A stretch of 64,000 bases of DNA, taken from assembly GCF_009914755.1 (NCBI RefSeq), contig NC_060944.1; one strand, given 5' to 3'. Of the stretch, positions 55,346 to 64,000 are shown in pieces (the first letter of the stretch is position 1; each line of letters opens with the position of its first letter). A model generated the notes under the pieces. It was not told the origin of the DNA, searched no databases, and saw only the letters and a list, made by a program, of their open reading frames with translations. Position numbers and translations under genes: made by a program. This DNA comes from the human T2T-CHM13v2.0 reference genome, Homo sapiens.

Positions 55346-56739
55346 AGAAAGAAAGGAGGAAACGAAGGAGGGAGGGAGGGGAGATATTGGATAGGTAACC
55401 CACAGTCACACACGGTACAAAGTGTAGCTACTTTGCCTGCAAACACCTAGGAGCAGACAGGAAATTCATTCTGCTCAATGGTGGTAAAGGGCAGGGTCTC
55501 AGCCACCAATCCCTACGGAGCCAGGTGTGACAGCAGGGAGTGGTGGGGATTGCGGCAACCTGGAGGGTCCATGCCTGTGCCTGTCTCCAGGAGCCTCTGC
55601 TCATCACTCTGGCTGATTGTTGGAACCAGACCTACTGATCCCAATTTCTTGTTGTTTTTTTTTTTGTTTGTTTGTTTGTTTTAAAGAGCATCAGGCAATC
55701 TAGATTGTAGAGTGTGATCTCTTCGTTTTTAAACGCTGCTTTCGCAGCTACTAAAAAAAATTTTTAAACAATGTGGGTGACAAATAAAATCAGCAGGATT
55801 TGACCCAGAGTGAGGGGTGGGGCTGTTTCCTGTTTATAATCCTCTGATTATAAACAGGAAAATAAAATAACTGCACCTCATGGGATTATCTGATGAAATG
55901 TGTGTATCACTTGTCAAGCGGGAAGAGAGATGATTCACCAAACACAGTGAAACCCACTGAGGTTGAAAGATGTTTGAGACTGGGTGGCTGCGGGGGCGGC
56001 CAAGCGAGGGGTCCCTGGGCCCCCCACTCAGCCCTCCTTGTCTGCTATCACCACCCACATCTCCCAACCTCCCTAGAGGTGCTGGGGCCAGGCCACGTGA
56101 AGAGGGGGTGAAGGTGGAGGGTTGCACCAAATCATTTCATGAGTGCCTCGGGTGAGGGCGAAACCTGATCAAGTCCCGGCCTGCGCTCCCACAGCCAGCG
56201 CCTTCTCCCACATTCGGGGTGTATTCCTTTGGGGATGAGCCAGGTCTCAACCCAGGGGTCTGGGATCTCAGGGCCCACAACCCACACAGAATCGGAGGTC
56301 AGCCGGCCTGACCTGGAGGAGAAAGTTCTAGAGAAGGGGGTTCAGGGTTCCGGCTCTCTGGCTCTCACAGCTGAGGCCAAAACGTCAGGCGCCACACCAG
56401 TATCTCGGCTTGCCATTTCGTCACCAGCTGAATGCCAGTCGCAAACACAACCCAGTCTGTTGTGAGCACAAAGAGTGTTCGGGATAACCCTGCTGCCTGC
56501 TGTGTGGACACAGCTTCCCGCCAGCATCAAGGCAGCTCAACAAACAAGGCTAGGGAATGCGCCCCCAACAGAGGTCCACTGTCTGCCCCGACGCCCGCCT
56601 TCCAGGGAGAGCATTCCAGTAGCTGACCTAACCTTCTGGGCATTGGCAGAACTCCCAAGAACCAATTGCGGGCGGTTCTCTACCCATCGTGACCAACCGT
56701 CCTCGTTTGCCTGGGACTGAGGGGGTTCCCAGGCTGTGA

Positions 56740-56964
<225 letters not shown>

Positions 56965-58947
56965 TAGAGAGTGCTGGTGTCTTCTCAGGGAAGGCTGAAC
57001 ACCACCCTTCTCAGGAAAGACTTAGAATCGGTCCAACCTACAGAAAACCACCAGCAGCCACGGGGCAAGAGTTTTACACCCAACCGAAAATAAACAGTCA
57101 GTACCCTCATGGGAGAATCTCACTTTAGAGGTATTTATTTTTTAAAGTTGCTTTTGTTTAAGATCATTCCCACTTGGGCTGAATTTTCCTCTTGTTCTTG
57201 GCACAAGGTGCAAGGAAGTCTATGTAGCATAATCCCAAGTGGGTTTAGAAACAAAACAGAACTGGAGATGGGTAATCATGTGCTCGTGTACGCAGAGTGC
57301 AGGGCCACACACACCCGTAAACAGCAGGCCCTCTGCAGAGGGGGATTGGGGAACTCGGGGGCAGCAGACCTTTATGTTAGACTGTCCTGTCTTGCTTACC
57401 TTTGTTCACCAATTTTTGAGACCGGAAAGCTATAAAGCAGAACTGAAATTTCTTAAAACGTAACACTCTTCTTACTGAATGCTCAGCAGGCATTCGCGAG
57501 AATGGGTGCTGAACAGGTGGGATATATTGGTCAGTGAAGAAAGCAGGTTGCAGCATGGAATATAGAGGATAATTGCAAGTCAAAAAAACCGATCTACTGG
57601 TTGCAGATATTTGTACACGTGTAGAAGAAAGTCTGGAAGAGTTCACACCAAGACCTGAACTGATGTTTATACCTGGGAGAGGGAACATGAAGGCATAAAC
57701 TTGTAATTCTAAATCCACCCTCTTCTGTTTGGGTTAACTTTCTTCATCCAGAGAACACGTACTTCTTTGTTTTTGGTTTTTTGTTTTTAAACAGTATATC
57801 CTGAATGTCCAACTAACAGCAGGTGGCCTTCCTTTTAATAAAAACCTAAGGTGTGGAAACTCCAAGGTTCACAGATCTGTAGGAATGACAGGGTTCCTTC
57901 CAATGGGCCATCTCTCTGGTGCAAAATGGGACACATTTTACACACCTTTTCAAGAACAAATCCCTTGTGTAATTAATTAAGCCTATAATTATAGACCAAT
58001 CTTTAAAAATGTAATTTGTAGTTTCCCCGTAATACTTATTTCAAATCTGACTTCTGATGTGGGCTAAATTATATTGGAACCAATTTTTACTACGTGGAGA
58101 CTCAGGATAAACCAGGCTTCATTTGATTGATTTAAATATATTGTGGTTTCCATGTTTATTACTCAGTAGTAACTGGTATTTATGGAGCCAGGCTGCATAC
58201 CAGACCCTGGACATGGGACTCCGCAGTTAATTTTATTTTTTATTTTTTTTTTTTTTTTTTTTTGCCTGGATTTGATATCCCAAAGCAGTTCATTTCATTT
58301 AAACCTCACAGCAACCTTCTGGGGGCACTTACTGCTCTTACTCTTTTAAGGGAACAAAGACTCCTGAGAGGAAACTGATGTACCCAAAAAGCAAAAGGCA
58401 AGGGCTGGAGCCCTGATCTGAATCTGGGGTCTATGTCAAGGTCACAGTGCTTGGACAGACACATTTACTTTGTCCTGGTTTTTCTTAATTCCTTATTCAC
58501 TGTTTCTCTTCCTTCTTAGGGTCAACAGTGTTACACGACACGTTTCTGCTTGTGGCATTTGAAAAAAAATCTCTGGATTAGAGTAGGATCCCCTGCGTAG
58601 GAGTCAAAGATGTGAGGATTTTTAAAAAGAGAGACATGGGGTTTGACCTCTCCCAGCCACCTCTTTCCAAACAGCTCTTGGGTGACCAGGTGCACGGTCA
58701 ATGAGCGGGTCTGACGGTCCATCTGCTCTTTTGTCTTGTGGGAAGAAAGGATGACTCAAGTCCTCTGCACTCTGGTGTGTCTGTAGTTGTGGATTCTCTC
58801 CTGGCTGTTTAAAGTATAGGCACACCTTGGAGATACTGTGAGTTTGGCTCCAGACCACAGCTATAAAGTGAATATGGCACTAAAGTGAGTCATGAGCAAT
58901 TTTTGGTTTCCCAGCGCATAAAAAGTTATATTCACACCAGGCTATAG

Positions 58948-59314
<367 letters not shown>

Positions 59315-59714
59315 AATTTTAAACTACTTTACTGCTAAAAAATGCTAACAATGGTCTGAGCTTCCAGACAATCTTTTTGCTGGTGAAGAGTCTTGCCTCA
59401 ATATTGGTGGCTGCCGACTGATCAGGGTGGCAGTTGCTGAAGGTTGGGGCCACTGTGGCAATTTCCTCAAGACAACGACAAAGTTGGCCACATTGATTGA
59501 CCCTTCCTTTCACAAAATATTTCTCTGTAGCATGCAGTGCTGTTGGATAGCATTTTATCCACATAGAACTTCTTTCAAAATTGGAGTCAATCTTCTCTAA
59601 CCCTGCTGCTGCATTATCAAATGAGTTGATCCACTATCCTCAATCTTTTGTTGTCATTTCCACAATGTTTGCAGCATCTTCACCAGGAGTAGATTCTATA
59701 TCAAGAAACCACCT

Positions 59715-60018
59715 TTTTTTTTTTTTTTTAAAGACAGAATCTCGCTCTGTCACCTAGGCTGGAGTACAGTGTACACTGGAGCAATCTCCACTCACTGCAA
59801 CCCTCACCTCCCAAGTTCAAGTGATTCTCCTGCCTCAGCCTCCGAGTAGCTGGGATTACAGGCGTGCACCACCACACCCCGCTAATTTTCGTATTTTTAT
59901 TAGAGATGGGGTTTCACCACTTTGTCCAGGCTGGTCTTGAACTCCTGACCTCAGGCGATCCACACACCTCAGCCTCCCAAAATGCTGGGATTACAGGCAT
60001 GAGCTATCTCACCCAGCC
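59715..60018 (-). mobile_element. AluS nested in Tigger1
   Basis: Antisense dimer with poly(T). Confidence 0.92.
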
Positions 60019-61396
60019 TCAAAAAATCCCCCCCCCCTTTTTTTTTTTTTTGCTTATCTATAAGAAGCAACTCCTCAGCTGTTCAAATTTGATCATGAGA
60101 TTGCGGCAATTTGGTCGCATCTTCAGGCTCCACTCCTAATTCCAGTTCTCTTGCTATTTCCATCATATCTGCAATTGCTTCCTCTGCTGAAATCTTGAAC
60201 CCCTCAGAGTCACCCATGAGGACTGTGATCAGCTTCTTCCAAACTCTTGTTAATGTGGATATTTTGACCTCCCATCAATCATAAATGTTCTTAATGACAT
60301 CTAAAGTGGTGATTCCTTTCTAAAAGGTTTTCAATTTACTTTGCCAAGATCCATCCAAGGAATCACCATACATGGCAGGTATAGCCTTATGAAATGTGTT
60401 TTTTAAACAAGACGACTTGAAAATCAAAATTACTCCTTGATCCATGGGCTGCAGAATGGATGTTGTGTTAGCAGGCATGAAAACAACATTTATCTCCTTG
60501 TGCGTCTCCATCAGAGCACTTGGGTGACCGGGTGCACTGCGAATGAACAAATATTGTGAAAAAAACCTTTTTTCCCTGCAATTGGTTTCAACAGTGGCCT
60601 GGAAATATTCAGTAAACCAAGCTGTAAACAGAGGTATGGTCATCCAGGCTTTGTTGTTCCATTGCTAGAGCACAGGCAGAATAGATTTAGCATAATTCTT
60701 AAGGGCCATATGATTTTCAGAACGGTAAATAAGCATTGTCTTCAGTGCAAAATCAACAGCTGCATTAGCCCCTAAAAAGAGAGTCAGCCTGTCCTTTGAA
60801 GCTTGGAACACAGGAATTGAGTTCTCCTTTCTAGCTATGAAAGTTCTAGATGGCATCTTCCAATGGAATGCTGTTCCATCTGCATTGAAAATCTGTTTTT
60901 TAGTGTGGCCACCTTCCCCAGTGATCTTAGCTGGATCTTCTGGAGAACTTGCTGCTGCCTCTCCATCAGCACTTGCTCCTTTACCTTACACTTTTATGTT
61001 ACAGAAATGGCTTCTTTCCTTAAACCTCATAAACCAACCTCTGCTAGCTTCCAACTTTTCCTCTGCAGCTTCCTCACCTCTGTCAACCTTCACAGAATTG
61101 AAGAGAGCTAGAGTCTTGCTCTGAATTAGCAATCCTTGGGCTTAACAGAATGTTATGTATGGTTGATCTTCTACCCAGACTACTCAAACTTTCTCCATAT
61201 CAGCAATAAGGCTGTTTCACTTTCTTTTTATACATGTGTTCACGGAAAAGTTCATTTCCTTCGAGAACTTTTCCTTTACATTTACAACTTGGCTAACTGT
61301 TTACCACAAGAGGCTTAGCGTTTGACCTGTCTCAGCTTTTGACATGCCTTTCTCACTAAGCTTAATCATTTCTAGCTCTTGATTTAAATTGAGAAA

Positions 61397-61675
61397 ACTT
61401 TGGGAGGCTGAGGTATGAGAATTGCTTGAGCCCGGGAGTTCAAGACCAGCCTGGGCAACCTAGTGAGATTTCATCTCTACTAAAAAAAAGATTTTTTTAA
61501 AAAATTAGCCGGGCATGGTGGTGCTTGCCTGTAGCCCCAGCTACTCAGGAGGCTGAGGTGGGAGGATCATTTGAGGCCAGGAGTTCCAGGCTGCAGTAAG
61601 CCATAATTGCACCACTGCACTCCAGCCTGGACCACAGAGAGAGACCCTGTTTCAAAAAATACATAAATAAATAAT
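61397..61675 (+). mobile_element. 5'-truncated AluJ nested in Tigger1
   Basis: Starts at ACTTTGGGAGG; TSD-like TAAA(T/G)TGAGA; interrupts the transposase N-terminus. Confidence 0.9.
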
Positions 61676-62274
61676 AAAGTGAGAGACATGCGACTCTTCC
61701 TTTCACTTGAACACTTGGAGGCCAATGTAGGTTTCTTAATTGGCCCAATTTAACATTGTTGCATCTCAGGGAATAGGGAGGCATGAGGAGAGGGAGGAGA
61801 TGGGGGAATGGCCAGTGGAGCAGTTAGGGCACACACATTTATCAATTAAGTTCACTGTCTTATACGGGCACAGTTCGTGGTGCCCCAAAACACTGCAATA
61901 GTAACATCAAAGATCACTGACCACAGATCACGATAACAAATATAATAATAATGAAATGATTAGCTCTATTGTGAGAACTGCCAAAATGCAACACAGAGAC
62001 ACCAGGTGAGCACCTGCTGTTGGAAAAATGGCACCATGAACCTTGCTGGAGGCAGAGTTGCCACAAAACCTTCAATCTGTAAAAAATGCAATAAAGCAAA
62101 TTGCAATAAAGAAGGTATGCCTGTATAAATGTAATGCTGGGAGACACAAACTCTTTTTCAGAATATTAGAAAGGAACCATCTCAGGACAGAGGCAATGGG
62201 GAAGTGGGTGGGGTGCGGGTGAGCAGGGCTGTGAAGTCTTGAGATTTGCCTCTGCGGTTGCTGACAGAGAACGA

Positions 62275-62275
<1 letters not shown>

Positions 62276-62310
<35 letters not shown>

Positions 62311-62400
62311 TGAGACAGAGTCTCACTCTGTCGCTCAGGCTGAAGTGTAGTGACACAAAGTCAGCTCACTGCTATCTCCACCTCCCAGGTTCAAGCAACT
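62276..62400 (-). mobile_element. Alu right-arm fragment with (TTA)n tail
   Basis: (TTA)11 then TGAGACAGAGTCTCACTCTGTCGC...GGTTCAAGCAA. Confidence 0.88.
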
Positions 62401-63031
62401 TCACCGTGGAGACAGTTTTCTTATTAAATTGCTTGTACTCTCTTAGAAGGATTACTCATTTGATCAGCGGGAGGAACCACTCCCAAAATACCTTTTGAGT
62501 CATTTGGGGTTTCTATTGCCTTTTGCATAAACTTTGAATTATTCTTTTTGTTGAAAAGGTTACTATTAGGAAACACGTTCACAGGCAGTCTGTAAATGTC
62601 ATCATATTTCAGCTGGGGACAGAGCTACACGAGGGTTTGGAGGAGGCGGCTCAGGGAGAAGGCAGCACCTCAGCCTGTTCTCTCAATGCACTGGCTGCAA
62701 GGAGCAGCTGCAACCCAGAGCCCACTGGGCCCAGACACCTAGCTGCCACATTTCCAGGGGTGGGCCTGCTCATGACGCAGGCAAGACAGGAAAACCGGGA
62801 CAAGCTCCTGACCAGGCAGAGGTCAGGGACAGCTGCTCAGGTGCCACCAAGCATGAGGCAGGGCACCACCCAAGGCTTCCTGCCCAAACCTGTGGCATGC
62901 CCTGTTGGTGCTTTGCTGAAACTGTCCTTCTCTAAGAAGGCAATGAAGACAGTTGTCCCAGGCCCCAAAAAGAAGCACTCACTCCCTTTCCCATGAGACC
63001 ACCAGTTTCGGATAGAGATTCTGTTTGGCTG

Positions 63032-63212
63032 GCGTTCTCAACTCATTAGAATTGGAATTAAAGAGCAGGGATGGGAAGTGACATTACAAACTCCGATGCC
63101 CAGGCCCCATCCCCGACTAACTGAATCAGAAATGCTGGGAGGCGAGCTCAGGACATTATGTTTTTAAAACGCACCAGGTGAGGCTGACATGCAGCCAGGG
63201 CTCAGAACCATG
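63032..63212. mobile_element. MER5A-like
   Basis: GATGCCCAGGCCCCATCCCCGACTAACTGAATCAGAA...CCAGGTGA...GCAGCCAGGGCTCAGAACCA. Confidence 0.75.
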
Positions 63213-63393
63213 GATTTCAGCCAAAAAGGCTTTAGCCCAAGAAGACCGTGCAAATACAAAATGCCAAAGGGAGGGTCATCAGGTGAGTTTCATAGAATTC
63301 TGATTCTCCTCCTAATAAAGTACGTCCCTGGTAGCTGAGAGATGGGAGAGCAGCTCCACATGTGGGACCTGCCAGGGGGATTCGGCATTCCTG

Positions 63394-63412
63394 CGGCCCC
63401 CTCTGCTGGCCA
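63394..63412 (-). promoter_or_regulatory. Candidate CTCF site
   Basis: Minus strand TGGCCAGCAGAGGGGGCCG matches CCASYAGRKGGCRS at 13 of 14 positions. Confidence 0.4.
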
Positions 63413-63840
63413 TGATGCTCTCAGATTCTTTGCTGAAAGGGAACGGACATAGGAGCCATCCCACTAAACTCTTCAAAGGACGCTTCTCAGATGCCGGAGT
63501 CCACAGAGTAGGGCAACATACAAAGCAAGCACCCAAAACACTGGGGATGAGAGTCTCAAACCTTGTACTCTGTAATTACATCCAGCATCACCATCACTTC
63601 TCAAAAGAGAAGACACTTTCCCAGCAAAAATAGAAAAGGAAAGCAGTTGCAGAATAGTTAAGACTGAGCCCTGAGACATCAGTTTAGCCTTGAGAAAAAA
63701 ACTACTTCCATTGTCCACATTTTTCTTAGCTGGATTCCTACCAATGAACCCCTGCTGGGACTTGAGTTTGGGGGGCACTGAGTGAAGTAAGAACTTTTAG
63801 TTAAGAAATTATTCTTTGGCCGTGGTTGTAATATCGTAGT

Positions 63841-63994
63841 CAGGGATGGCTTCACGGGCATGTGTCCAGGGCCCCACACTTAGAAGCATCCTGCCCTGGG
63901 TTTAATGCTCTCTTGAAATTCTTCATAATTTTTGGACAAGGAACTCCGCCTTTTCATTCTGTACTGGGCCCTGCAAATTCTGTACCCAACCCTG
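63841..63994 (+). mobile_element. MER45A (hAT-Tip100)
   Basis: CAGGGATGGCTTCACGGGC...GGTTTAATGCTCT...TTGAAATTCTTCATAATTTTTG...ACTGGGCCCTGCAAATT...CCTG. Confidence 0.85.
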
Positions 63995-64000
63995 ATTTTC

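Noticed and set aside
60320-60856. TIGD1-like transposase ORFs as a domesticated gene
   Set aside because: Fragmented by stops, frameshifts and Alus, with a catalytic motif altered; ordinary Tigger1 fossil.

Overview
This is primate genomic DNA, most likely human or great ape (AluJ/S elements plus an L1PA2-like 3' end). It is non-coding, moderately GC-rich and repeat-dense. I recognise no protein-coding gene, structural RNA gene or CRISPR-like array, and I cannot name the locus. The ORFs I can assign are repeat-derived: Alu, the L1 ORF2p C-terminus, decayed Tigger1 transposase and microsatellite read-throughs. The rest have no recognisable homology. The window is rich in fossil DNA transposons: six MER20, several MER5, MER3/33/53/58/45, MER44, Tigger3 and a full-length Tigger1 carrying three nested Alus. 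It also holds about 20 Alus, MaLR/ERVL LTRs and many MIR/L2 fragments (not all listed). Repeat-free islands with homeodomain, PBX-HOX, NF-kB and CRE/CCAAT motifs suggest a large intron or regulatory gene desert. The best leads are a 209-bp dispersed duplication resembling a templated insertion (45866/49479), a candidate spliced non-coding transcript at about 4.2-5.0 kb, a CRE plus four-CCAAT promoter-like module at about 26.2 kb, an orphan CpG-rich patch at about 16 kb, and several candidate enhancers. The sequence alone does not support a claim of a new biological system. Repeat families were identified from remembered consensus sequences, and boundaries of old elements are approximate (tens of bp).
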